56,056 nucleotides of DNA from a virus (Duplodnaviria; Caudoviricetes), in IMG/VR virus record IMGVR_UViG_3300036845_000136, positions 1 to 56,056 of that record. The stretch is one strand, 5' to 3'. A program made the position numbers and the translations under genes. The first letter of the stretch is position 1, and the number at the start of each line of letters is the position of its first letter. Under the pieces are notes generated by a model, which worked only from the letters and a program-made list of their open reading frames with translations, did no database searches and was not told the origin of the DNA. Shown piece after piece: positions 17,001 to 25,463 of this stretch.

Positions 17001-19433
17001 AACAAGCAGGCGCATGACCTGTTCGGCAGCATGACGCCCGCACAGTTGCAGGAATCGGCCTCGCGCGTGGTGCGCATCCCGTCCTCGCATATCCGCAACG
17101 CGGTGAACCGCCTCGGCCCCGGCAGCAAGGAAGAGCGCGCGGCCCTGGCAGAGCGGCTGATCAAGCGGCGCAACGACATCGCGCAGCGTGCCGGCGGCGG
17201 TCTCCAGGCGGCCGACAGCGCCCTCGCCTGGGCGTTCGACGCGATGATCGGCGAGTGGGAAGAGGAAGCTCACCCGCGTGATGAGGGCGGCAAGTTCACC
17301 GCCGGCAGCGGCGCCGGGGAGAAGGCCGAGGCGCCAGCGCCACCGCCGCACCAGTTGCACGTCAAGGTGCCCGGCAACAAGATCAAGTCGCTCGCCGACT
17401 CGCTGCCGTTGTCGGCCGAGAAAGATCAGATCACCGAGGTCGCGGGTCAGATCAAAGACATCGCCGGCCAGTACAAGCACAGTGCGATTTCCACCTATGC
17501 CAATTCAGTCCTGGCACACCTGGAAAGCCAGCACGGGCTGAGCAGCGGCAACCTCGGCAAGGCCAAGAAGATGCCGACGGTGAAGGGCGAGAAGGCAGCG
17601 CCAGAGCCCGCAGCCGAGCCGAACCCGCTGGAAGGGTTCAAGCTGAATGAAGCCGAGCCCGCGTCAAAGCAACCCGACCACATCCCAGATCCCAATCCGA
17701 ACTCGCCGACTCAGTTGACCATCCATCAGGTCGGCACGGGTGAGAACACCGTCGAGAAGAAGATCGGCCTGATCACTGACATTGCCTCCGGACAAAGCGA
17801 TAAGGACCAGCAATATGCTTTAGCGTGGCTCTATCACCTGGAGCAGCTTCCGAAAGAGGAGGAGGAGCCGAGCGCGACCCACGGTCAGATCGATGACGTC
17901 GTCGCCAGCAACGATCCGCTCGATCAGAAGATCAAGGCCATCATCGATCTCGGTCTGACGGGCTCGCAACAAGATGCTGATTACGCCGATGAGCAGTTGG
18001 CGAACCTCAAGAAGTGGAACGCCACCGAATACGCCGAGATGGAGAAGGCTGCCAAGTCCCAGTCCTCCCCGGACCCCGGCAAGGAGATGGAGAACATCGG
18101 CTTTGCCGCGATGGAGGCCGCCAAGCTCGACCCGGTGGCACTGAAAGCGGCGATCGCCGATATCGAGGCGATGCCGTCCGCCAATGCCGAGGTGGACAAG
18201 TTTAAGGCCGGATGGCTGACGACGCTGCAACAGACCTGGACCGCCAAGAATCAGTCGCCGCCCGCCGCGCCCAAGATGCTCGACCCTGAAGAACAAATGC
18301 ACGCGGTCGCCGAAAGCGCGATGCCGCACGAGCAGAAGATCGCGCTGCTAGAGAAGGTTCTGGACAGCAAGACCGTCAGCAAGGAGCACAAGCAGATCGC
18401 GGAGACGCTGATCAAGGTGCTCGATAAGAAGCAGACCGCAGCCGCACCACCGCCCGCGCCGAAGCCGGTCCCGCCGCCGATCATGGAGAGCAGCGCGACC
18501 CAGACCTCTATGCACGAGATCGCCACCGGGACGGAAACCGACGCGCAGAAGGTCGCTTATCTCAAGGCCAGCACGAAGCTACAGGACCAGCTTGCCAAGA
18601 GCCCGACTGGCACCACGGCGCAGTACTATAACCAGCTTATGGAGGCGCTCGGCGGCGAGCCGTTGCCAGGGGTAGTGGCGCCGCAACCGAAGCCCCCACC
18701 GCCTCCACCGAAGCCCAGCGCCGCCCAGAAGGCCGCTGCCGAGGCACCCAAGACCGCCAAGCACGGCTCGCTGACCGCCCCGGCCAATGCCCAGGTGACC
18801 CAGGCCCGCAAGGGCGCGGCACTGAGCCATGCGCTGAAGCAAGAGGCCGACGCGGTCAGCCCAGCCAGCACCGACACCGCGGCCGCGCGTGAGGCGGTCC
18901 CGTCACTGCGGCCGGACTTCTGGGCCGAAGTCGGCAACAAGCACGATAATGAGGCCGTCGAATCCTACGGCGGCGGCGGCTACAGCAAGATCAACGGCGT
19001 GCTGCGCGGCAACAGTCCGATCACGGAAGACGCGCTGAAAAAGATCGACAGCATGGATGGTCTGATGAACGAGCCAGGGACCAGAACCGTCGGCGACAAG
19101 CCGGTCCGGCTGATCCGTGGCGAGGACATGGAGCCGGAGCAGATCAAGAAGATCAAGGATAACCTGGAGAAGGGCATCGGCACGGTGGCCTACCAGCGCA
19201 TGGGATACACCAGTGCCTCGATTGGCGAGAAGCCCGGCTACAAAGCGAGCGCCAACACCTACTGGCAGTTCACCGCCATGCCGGGTGCCAGGATGCTCGG
19301 TATTGCTGCCAGCCCGGCGCACGGCATCGGCCACGGCGAGCGCGAGGTGGTGCTGCCGAATGGCATCACGGTCGAGGTCTATGAGATGTATCACGACGGA
19401 AAACGCCACATAATCAAGGCGCTATACCGCTGA
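14031..19433 (+). CDS. DUF1073-type portal protein fused to Nudix hydrolase, HipA/PI3K-like kinase, helical repeats and ADP-ribosyltransferase
   Basis: Directly after terL; portal motifs GYPYLAELAQR.EY, IHRTRI, GIPLVVLTGISPSGLN in aa ~90-495; Nudix box GGVDKGDSLHATAIKEAYEESGL; kinase motifs GSNPGG, YYVK, NE, WLANWD..DN, LDSG; ART motifs Y..IN..LR, LIRG, YTSAS, ERE. Confidence 0.88.
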   Translation: MSLLTALAGFAGLLARDAAPEPPPPPPPAPPQIDAQALYNALLSTGMVGQQTTPFQLYSTRPVDAGDMARIFAPAKPMRGVVPDGVIPMAMDDLNNPMSLYGGYQGITEGMAWLGYPYLAELAQRTEYRRMSETIAKEMTRRWFKLIATGDDDKTDKITALEACMREHKLQEKFALLALLDGFFGRAHLYIDTGVGDDLDQMKLPLLIDPRVIGKNGLKALRVIEPMWCYANRYNANDPLRSDFYLPQSWYVMGKEIHRTRILPFISREMPDMLKPAYSFGGLSLSQMAKPYVDNWLRTRQSVSDLVHSFSTPVLMTNMGSVMNAGASQALQMRAALFNYLRDNNNMMVVDKTTEDFKNVAAPLGSLDHLQAQSQEHISSAVGIPLVVLTGISPSGLNSSSEFELQVWAQWIHANQTSFFDANLKLILDVMQLDQFGEIDPDISHAWEPLEELSEAEKATADKTKADTDVAYINAGVLSPDEVRQNLSGEAESPYPGLDLEGPAPPPPQQEQDPLAGAPGGDPEGGGAPPGPGGPGGPPGTAGGPAGGRPNPIKPTPPREVEAGGSPAATKPNASRDEGGSREVEHTAIKIGENDNAQVHLKPHDELHIKMAADGSLILSGARRDAPFGQDAEFEESNVKRDQSGKFAKSRTYSKTNPPQSSHLHDVEFKSWDAPKDSAGWKKEAETTPHFEEPEMPATGGKKQGAGVIVQEPDGRVWVIHPTNQYGGYSGTFPKGGVDKGDSLHATAIKEAYEESGLHVQLTGYAGDANRGTSVARYYYAKRIGGTPADHGWESEGVTLSPPDELHHHLNTPLDRRMAVAMIPGAHKESPIDTAKMEKTGGKLGSNPGGKYKDSDGKEYYVKDSKSDSHAKNEILASRLYDAAGAPALHVMPATTPDGKLGTATEWQKTEKINPKSEADRTAAQKHFAAHAWLANWDAPGLTHDNQARIDGKMTTLDSGGALLYRAQGGEKGDKFGDDVGEWDTLRSPSNKQAHDLFGSMTPAQLQESASRVVRIPSSHIRNAVNRLGPGSKEERAALAERLIKRRNDIAQRAGGGLQAADSALAWAFDAMIGEWEEEAHPRDEGGKFTAGSGAGEKAEAPAPPPHQLHVKVPGNKIKSLADSLPLSAEKDQITEVAGQIKDIAGQYKHSAISTYANSVLAHLESQHGLSSGNLGKAKKMPTVKGEKAAPEPAAEPNPLEGFKLNEAEPASKQPDHIPDPNPNSPTQLTIHQVGTGENTVEKKIGLITDIASGQSDKDQQYALAWLYHLEQLPKEEEEPSATHGQIDDVVASNDPLDQKIKAIIDLGLTGSQQDADYADEQLANLKKWNATEYAEMEKAAKSQSSPDPGKEMENIGFAAMEAAKLDPVALKAAIADIEAMPSANAEVDKFKAGWLTTLQQTWTAKNQSPPAAPKMLDPEEQMHAVAESAMPHEQKIALLEKVLDSKTVSKEHKQIAETLIKVLDKKQTAAAPPPAPKPVPPPIMESSATQTSMHEIATGTETDAQKVAYLKASTKLQDQLAKSPTGTTAQYYNQLMEALGGEPLPGVVAPQPKPPPPPPKPSAAQKAAAEAPKTAKHGSLTAPANAQVTQARKGAALSHALKQEADAVSPASTDTAAAREAVPSLRPDFWAEVGNKHDNEAVESYGGGGYSKINGVLRGNSPITEDALKKIDSMDGLMNEPGTRTVGDKPVRLIRGEDMEPEQIKKIKDNLEKGIGTVAYQRMGYTSASIGEKPGYKASANTYWQFTAMPGARMLGIAASPAHGIGHGEREVVLPNGITVEVYEMYHDGKRHIIKALYR

Positions 19434-19494
19434 GGTTGTATCATCGTGCAAATTGCATCCGATGCGCCTATATGTCCGGCATAGGAGCAAACTC

Positions 19495-19698
19495 ATGGCA
19501 ATGACACCGGAAGAGCAGGCCGCCTGGGACGACGAGCGAGCGAAGCCCGACGGCCTGATGTTTGACGGCGACGGCAAAGTGATCTTCGACGCAGGGAATA
19601 CAGGCTTCAAGACGAAGGCCGATGTCGAGGCCCATCAGGCCGAGTTGGCGGAGAAGCTCGCCGAGTATCGCGCCAACAAGGCGAAGGCCGCCGAGTAA
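19495..19698 (+). CDS. small charged protein, candidate partner or immunity protein of the ART domain
   Basis: AGGAG SD at 19483; 67 aa; immediately after the ART stop; function inferred from position only. Confidence 0.55.
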   Translation: MAMTPEEQAAWDDERAKPDGLMFDGDGKVIFDAGNTGFKTKADVEAHQAELAEKLAEYRANKAKAAE

Positions 19699-19843
19699 GA
19701 CCTAGACGCTGCCGCCCAGGTCTCCCTGGACGGCAAACGCCTACCGGGACATGATGCGGACGTGGACTTTCACCACGATCCGCACCAGTATCCGCGGTAG
19801 GAGCTTGTGCGACTGCATCGCATTGCACTCCTAAGAAATAAGC

Positions 19844-19885
19844 GAGCCGTGACGGCGCTTTGAACACCGTCACGGCTCTGACCAC
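19844..19885 (+). promoter_or_regulatory. leader hairpin plus TGACCAC (copy A)
   Basis: Perfect 12-bp stem GAGCCGTGACGG/CCGTCACGGCTC followed by TGACCAC, upstream of an HNH gene. Confidence 0.7.
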
Positions 19886-19910
19886 CGGCTCTTTGTAGAG
19901 GAAGAACCAG

Positions 19911-20423
19911 ATGGCTTATCGACTTATGCCAGACGCGGCATATCTGCGCGAATGCTTCAATTATGACCCAGAGACAGGCGCCTTGCGGTGGCTAATCCGG
20001 CCTGTGTCGCACTTCGAGAGTGAATATATAGCTGCGCGCATAAACACTCGTTATACCGGACAGCCGATCACCTCGACTGCCAAGGGCTATTTACGGGTGG
20101 CGGTGCAGGGGAAACGCTATCAGGTGCATCGCATCATCTGGAAGCTGATGACTGGCGACGAGCCGCCTGTGGTAATCGACCACATTGACAGGAACCGCAC
20201 AAACAACCGCTGGGGCAACTTGCGACCTGCGACCCTCAGGGAAAACCAGATGAACCGCGCACGTGTCCAAGGGGCGCGGGTGGGCGTATACTTTCGAAGG
20301 GGGAAGCCGTCGCCATGGGTCGCCACCATCCTGGTTGGCTGTTACTCGACAGCCGCTGAGGCTTCAGCAGCAAGGGCATTGGCGGTAGACTGTCTGCGAG
20401 CCGCCTCCCTTTGGAGGGACTAA
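19911..20423 (+). CDS. HNH homing endonuclease with degenerate AP2-like tail
   Basis: FNYDPETGAL, HRIIW, IDHIDRNRTNNRWGNLR..N. Confidence 0.85.
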   Translation: MAYRLMPDAAYLRECFNYDPETGALRWLIRPVSHFESEYIAARINTRYTGQPITSTAKGYLRVAVQGKRYQVHRIIWKLMTGDEPPVVIDHIDRNRTNNRWGNLRPATLRENQMNRARVQGARVGVYFRRGKPSPWVATILVGCYSTAAEASAARALAVDCLRAASLWRD

Positions 20424-20468
20424 CGGCCGCCACTGCCGTTTCTGGCATCGAACGGTGGGACATGAAAC

Positions 20469-21299
20469 ATGCCGCCACCCGAGGGCATCAACTACATCGG
20501 CCGGGGCAGGGACAGGGTGCTGCCACCGGTCCACCCCAACGCCGGCATCGGCGTGGTCTACCGCACCCGCCTGCAACGCGCCGTCGCCGCGATGAACGCC
20601 AGCCTCGATTACTGGCTGTCCGCCCGCTGGGGCGAGGACAACCGAAGCGCCAACCGCATCATCGCCACCATGAAGGAACTCGGTCGGCGCTGGCAGTCCA
20701 ACTTCGACGAACTCGCCCCCGACGTCGCCGGCCAGTTCGGTGCCCGCTCGGTGCAATACACTACCAACCGGATGGAACAGCTTCTCGACGACGCCGGCTG
20801 GTCCGTCGAGTTCAAGGTCAGCCCGGCGATCAATGTCATCATGCGCTCGGCCGTGACGGAGAACGTCGGGCTGATCCGCTCGATCGCCAGCCAGCACCTC
20901 CAGAAGGTCGAGGGGATCGTGATGCGCGGCGTGCAGGCCGGCAACGACCTGAAGACCATGACCAAGGCGCTGCATGAAGAGTTCGACGTGCCGAAGAAAC
21001 GTGCCGCTTTCATCGCGCTGGATCAAACTAAAAAGCTGAACTCGGTCATCACCAAGGCCCGACAGGATCAGGCCGGAATCAAGCGCGCCGTTTGGATGCA
21101 CGCGAATATTACGACCCCGGGACATTTTCGGCCGGAGCATCTGGCGTTCTCTCGCGGCACGCACGCCGACGGCCCGAGCGGCAAGGGGCCGGTCTACGAG
21201 GTGGCGCAGGGGGCGTATCTTGAGGGCAAGTGGACGTACCCCGGCTTCGAGATCAATTGCCGATGCAGCAGTCGTCCGGTGATTGAGGGCTTTGAATAA
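20469..21299 (+). CDS. phage head morphogenesis protein (MuF / SPP1 gp7 family), short form without toxin extension
   Basis: RAAFIALDQTKK, WMH..RPEH, PGFEINCRC. Confidence 0.9.
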   Translation: MPPPEGINYIGRGRDRVLPPVHPNAGIGVVYRTRLQRAVAAMNASLDYWLSARWGEDNRSANRIIATMKELGRRWQSNFDELAPDVAGQFGARSVQYTTNRMEQLLDDAGWSVEFKVSPAINVIMRSAVTENVGLIRSIASQHLQKVEGIVMRGVQAGNDLKTMTKALHEEFDVPKKRAAFIALDQTKKLNSVITKARQDQAGIKRAVWMHANITTPGHFRPEHLAFSRGTHADGPSGKGPVYEVAQGAYLEGKWTYPGFEINCRCSSRPVIEGFE

Positions 21300-21416
21300 A
21301 TGTTCGACCTGAACGCGCTTGCAATCTGCTGTCCCTCTGTGTTCGGCACCATCCCAAACAAATTACCGGCGCAGACCTGTTGCAGCAGTTCGCCTATCTC
21401 AAGGCCGCAGCGCCAC

Positions 21417-21563
21417 ATGACACTGAACCCGAGCGGCATTGTGATCGACACGGAGACCGGCGAGGTGACGATTCCCGAGGGTCTGGCGTTAACAGATGCA
21501 GCGAAAGCCTTCTGGGCGGCTGTGCAGCACGTCTCCGGCTTTCGTCAGCCAGGGTTCTGGTGA
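21417..21563 (+). CDS. hypothetical protein
   Basis: C-terminal part of track ORF 21300-21563 looks coding; start uncertain. Confidence 0.4.
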   Translation: MTLNPSGIVIDTETGEVTIPEGLALTDAAKAFWAAVQHVSGFRQPGFW

Positions 21564-21760
21564 TCAAACAGGAGGACGTAATGTCAGACAAACCAAGTCC
21601 AAATCCCAATCCGCAGCCAACGCAGACGCCACAGGACCCGAAGCCGCCGGGGCAGAGCGATCCGAACCAGCCGCAGCAACCAACTGACCCACCACAGCAG
21701 CCGCAGCGAGAAGCCGCGCCGTTGCTCGATCGTGGCGTGCTGCGCCGAGGCTAAACCCGA

Positions 21761-21946
21761 GTGGGCGTGCTTTTGGTATGCGATAGCACCACGGCGGATT
21801 GCTATCGCACCACGCAGGCGGCGGTCACCAATGGCCGCCCGTCTGCGCCGGAAGGCTGGTACATGGTCGCAGATAAGCAGGGCGCGCTCATCGTCGCCTG
21901 CTGCGAGCGGCACTTCGATCTGATCCGCCAGCAGAGGGGGATCTGA
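21761..21946 (+). CDS. small Cys-containing protein
   Basis: LVCD...C and ACCERH; TGATG coupling to the next ORF. Confidence 0.45.
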   Translation: MGVLLVCDSTTADCYRTTQAAVTNGRPSAPEGWYMVADKQGALIVACCERHFDLIRQQRGI

Positions 21947-22122
21947 TGCCGAGCGAGGAACACGACGACGGCTTGCCTTGGGGCCACATAACGGATGACG
22001 GCGTTTGGCACGAGTTGCCAAAGACACCGCTGGTGCTCGCCAATCTTGGTCCGCCACCATTCAAGATCGAACTGCCCTGGGGCGAGACGCGCGAGGTCGT
22101 GCATCGCCCATCGCTGATCTGA
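21946..22122 (+). CDS. hypothetical protein (58 aa)
   Basis: ATG overlaps the upstream TGA; GAGGGG SD. Confidence 0.45.
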   Translation: MPSEEHDDGLPWGHITDDGVWHELPKTPLVLANLGPPPFKIELPWGETREVVHRPSLI

Positions 22123-22271
22123 TCGCCGGGAGGTTCAGGTTCCCGGAGATGCCTGCCACGGGCGACGCGTGGCGTTGTGGTCTTATTGCTTTTCCTTCCT
22201 TGGGTGGCGCGCGTCGGCCGCAACAGCCAGACTGTACGGGCGCGCGCCGTTCCAAAATGGGGGATGTAGCG

Positions 22272-22478
22272 ATGACAGAGCAACGCAAGCTGCCGGGCCG
22301 CGCCGGGTATCCGCTGCTATCCAAAGTCGCGGTCGGTCTGGTCGAGGGCGTGGTCATCGCGCGCAGTTTCACTGATCCGATGCGCTACGACGTGCGCCAC
22401 GCTGAAGGCGTTCTGCGCGATCAGACCGACGTGCGGCTGATCGAGCGCTACAGCGGTCCGCCAATTCAGCGCGTGTGA
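22272..22478 (+). CDS. hypothetical protein
   Basis: MTEQRKLPG... within track ORF 22005-22478, GGGGA upstream. Confidence 0.45.
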   Translation: MTEQRKLPGRAGYPLLSKVAVGLVEGVVIARSFTDPMRYDVRHAEGVLRDQTDVRLIERYSGPPIQRV

Positions 22479-22786
22479 TGAGCCACGGGGCGATGTTCTT
22501 CGGCGCGCTGGCGATCCTGTTCGTGATCGTGTTCGCTGGATTGGAGTGATGGGTTGATCGAGTTCGAGATTGCCAACGGCCACCTGATTGTCGATCCCGG
22601 TCAAGCTGGCATCGGCGCCGCTACATTCCTGTCAGCGATGCTCGGTATTCCGATGTTGCAGCCGACTGCGCCCGGGACGCGCGGCGTGCGCTGCATGATC
22701 GAGGACGCCGAATACTTCCGGCATCTGGAAGGCTCGCGATAACCACGCTCAATGACTGGCGCCGCGCGCTGAACGGAGATCCCGTC

Positions 22787-22963
22787 ATGTCACCATTGCT
22801 GCTCGTGCTGATCATCCTGCTGGTCGTGGTGCTGTTCGGAGGCGGCTACGGATATCGCTATGGCGGATGGCACGGGTCGCCCTACTACGGTCCCGGCTTC
22901 GGGCTGGTCGGCCTGATCGTGCTGATCCTGATCATCCTGCTGTTGTTCGGCTATCTCCGCTAG
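22787..22963 (+). CDS. DUF3309-like small membrane protein (58 aa, not in ORF track)
   Basis: Two strongly hydrophobic helices around a Gly/Tyr loop (LLVLIILLVVVLFGGGYGY...GLVGLIVLILIILLLFG); GGAG SD. Confidence 0.7.
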   Translation: MSPLLLVLIILLVVVLFGGGYGYRYGGWHGSPYYGPGFGLVGLIVLILIILLLFGYLR

Positions 22964-22970
22964 CCCGCCT

Positions 22971-23378
22971 CTATCGATCGCGACGCTTCTTGACTGGCGT
23001 CTTGGGCTTCTTGGACACCGACGCCTTCTTGGTTTTCTTTGTCGGCTTGGGCGCCGCTTCAGCGAAGACCTTCGCCAGATCATATAGCTCCTTCCAGTCA
23101 TTCTGCATGGCGGCATAATACGAAGCTGTCGCGTTGAGTTTTGTGATGAACGATTGAACGCTGGCATCTACCGACAGTATCGCTGACTCCAGCTTAGATA
23201 GATGCGCGTGCAGCACGGCTTGCTGCGATCCTACAACTCCTTGCTGGGCTTCTGTCTGCGTCATCCGCGCTTGCAGTATGGCGACCACCTCCATCCAGAA
23301 ATGCGACCGGATCGATGAGGCCCGCTGTTCGAGTCTGTCGAGCGTGCTGAGCGTCATGTCGTCTGGGTAATCGTTCAT
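22971..23378 (-). CDS. antisense-oriented coiled-coil protein with Lys-rich tail
   Basis: 135 aa, AAGGAAAGGAAG upstream, fills the intergenic gap exactly. Confidence 0.5.
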   Translation of the reverse strand: MNDYPDDMTLSTLDRLEQRASSIRSHFWMEVVAILQARMTQTEAQQGVVGSQQAVLHAHLSKLESAILSVDASVQSFITKLNATASYYAAMQNDWKELYDLAKVFAEAAPKPTKKTKKASVSKKPKTPVKKRRDR

Positions 23379-23410
23379 TCCGTGCTTCCTTTCCTTGGGC
23401 GAGGTGCGTC

Positions 23411-24871
23411 ATGCCATTCGATACGCTTTGGCTGGCGCTGGACAAGTCCGTGCGCCGTTACGATGAGGACGGCCGTCTGCACGTCGCAGTCAGCCACCTG
23501 ACAAAAGCAGCGGTCAACCCTTATAGGGGCTCCGAGATACCCGGATGGCAAGAACTCGGGCTTGATCCGGATCGTATCTACAACCTGCTCCGCGATCCGG
23601 GCGAACTCGAGAAAGCTGTTCCCACCTTCAACAACATCCAGCTTCTCGATCAGCACATCCCGGTCACGGCCGCCGATGCGCAGCAACCGCGCGTGGTCGG
23701 ATCGACCGGAACCAACGCCACGTGGAACCCGCCGTACATCGACAATAGCTTGGTTTTCTGGACCGACGCCGCCAAGGCGATGATCGAGACCGGAGCGCAA
23801 CGCGAACTGAGCGCGGCCTATCGCTACGACCCGGTGATGACGCCCGGCACCTATCTCGGGAAATCTTACGATGGGGTGATGAAAAACATCAGAGCGAACC
23901 ACGTCGCTCTGGTCGAGGCCGGGCGCGCCGGCAGCGATGTCGTGGTGATGGATAGCAAATTAGAGGAGATGCCGATGCCGACGCTGGCTCTGTCACGGCG
24001 CGCCACCTACACGGCTGGCTCGCTGGCAGCTTACATCAAGCCGCTCCTGGCGAAAGACCAGAAGCTGCCTGATCTGCCCGCATTGCTGGCGGGTCTGACC
24101 GCGAAGAACTGGGACAAGCAGAAGCCAGTCATCGCCGCGAAGATCACCGACCTGCTCAAGGGCAAGCTCGCCACCGATGCGGAGATACACATCCACGAAC
24201 ACATGGATGGCGCGGGCGCCGAGGCCCCTGGTGATGACACGCCGCTGGCCGTAGAGGGCGCCGCCTCAGAGGGCAGCGAGGTCGATCCCGCAGAAGGCGC
24301 CGACCCCGACGCTGGCGCTGGCGATGATGATCTCGCCAACAAGGTGCAGCAGTTGCTGCAAGGCAAGATCGACGACAACGACCTCGCCATCATCCTGCAA
24401 GCTATCGCTGCGACGAAAAAGCCCGCCGAGGAAGATCCCGCAGCGGCAGCGGCGGCGGCCGGCCCGCCGAACGGCGAGGCCACCGACAACGCAGCAGATC
24501 TCCCCAAACCAGGATTGGCGAAAGGCCCAGCCATGGATGCGAAAATGGTCGACGCGCGTATCAAGAAGGCGATCGCCGAGACCCGCGAGAGCGAGCGCAG
24601 GGTCCGCGACGCCGAGAAGTTCGTCTTCAAATACGTGGGCAACGTGGTCGCTATGGACAGCGCCGAGGCTGTCTACAAGTTCGCCCTAGAAGCGATGGGC
24701 GAACAGAACATCGCCGACCTGCATCCGTCGGCCTATCGCGCGGTGCTGTCACGCATTCCGGTGCCGGGCAGCGAGCAAGCGCGGCCATCGCATCTCGCGA
24801 TGGATGCATCAGGCAACAAGTCATACCTGGAACGATTTCCTAATGCCAATCGCTTGCAGGCTAGGCACTGA
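23411..24871 (+). CDS. DUF2213 head maturation protease / scaffold
   Basis: SVRRYDEDGRLHV, VNPYRGSEIP, RELSAAY.Y, NHVALV..GRAG; acidic scaffold-like C-terminal half; GAGG SD. Confidence 0.88.
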   Translation: MPFDTLWLALDKSVRRYDEDGRLHVAVSHLTKAAVNPYRGSEIPGWQELGLDPDRIYNLLRDPGELEKAVPTFNNIQLLDQHIPVTAADAQQPRVVGSTGTNATWNPPYIDNSLVFWTDAAKAMIETGAQRELSAAYRYDPVMTPGTYLGKSYDGVMKNIRANHVALVEAGRAGSDVVVMDSKLEEMPMPTLALSRRATYTAGSLAAYIKPLLAKDQKLPDLPALLAGLTAKNWDKQKPVIAAKITDLLKGKLATDAEIHIHEHMDGAGAEAPGDDTPLAVEGAASEGSEVDPAEGADPDAGAGDDDLANKVQQLLQGKIDDNDLAIILQAIAATKKPAEEDPAAAAAAAGPPNGEATDNAADLPKPGLAKGPAMDAKMVDARIKKAIAETRESERRVRDAEKFVFKYVGNVVAMDSAEAVYKFALEAMGEQNIADLHPSAYRAVLSRIPVPGSEQARPSHLAMDASGNKSYLERFPNANRLQARH

Positions 24872-24885
24872 AGGGAGCAACGCAC

Positions 24886-25395
24886 ATGCCATTCCAGACC
24901 TCTGTTTCAGTTACGCAAGCGCCTGCCGTGGAGGGCGACTTCGCTTCGGAAAATCCGCGTTGGGCCGTGCCCTCGGTCGAGGGTGGCTTCAAAGCCGGTG
25001 CTGGCGGTGTGACGGTCGCGCGCTTCGCCTGGGCTGATGTCGCGACCAACACGCTGTTGCTGAACGCAGGCAGCGGCGCTCCGACCGGCTTCGTGCATCG
25101 CAACATGATGGGGCTGAACTTCAACTACTTCAGCAGCCCCGACTCAACGACGTTCGTCATCCCGCAGGGCTTCGGCTGTGGCGAGATATTCAGCGGCGGT
25201 GACTTCTGGGTGCGCAACACCGGCGCGGGCGCGGCAGCAGTCGGTATGAAAGCGTTCGCCAGCCTGACCACTGGTCAGGTGCAGTTCGCTGCGGCTGGCG
25301 CGACCGTCTCTGGCTATGTCGAGACCAAGTGGTGGTGCGAAGCACCCTGTCTCGCTGGCGAATTGACGAAGATGTCCAGCCAGCCGCTGGGCTGA
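24886..25395 (+). CDS. capsid decoration / cement protein
   Basis: Between protease and capsid; PAVEGDFAS.NP, GFVHR, GDFWV motifs typical of this head module. Confidence 0.7.
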   Translation: MPFQTSVSVTQAPAVEGDFASENPRWAVPSVEGGFKAGAGGVTVARFAWADVATNTLLLNAGSGAPTGFVHRNMMGLNFNYFSSPDSTTFVIPQGFGCGEIFSGGDFWVRNTGAGAAAVGMKAFASLTTGQVQFAAAGATVSGYVETKWWCEAPCLAGELTKMSSQPLG

Positions 25396-25463
25396 TCCAA
25401 CCCCTCAAACCACGAATATCCCCGAGCCGTCCAGCAACCCCTTGGGGCCGAGACAGGAGAACT

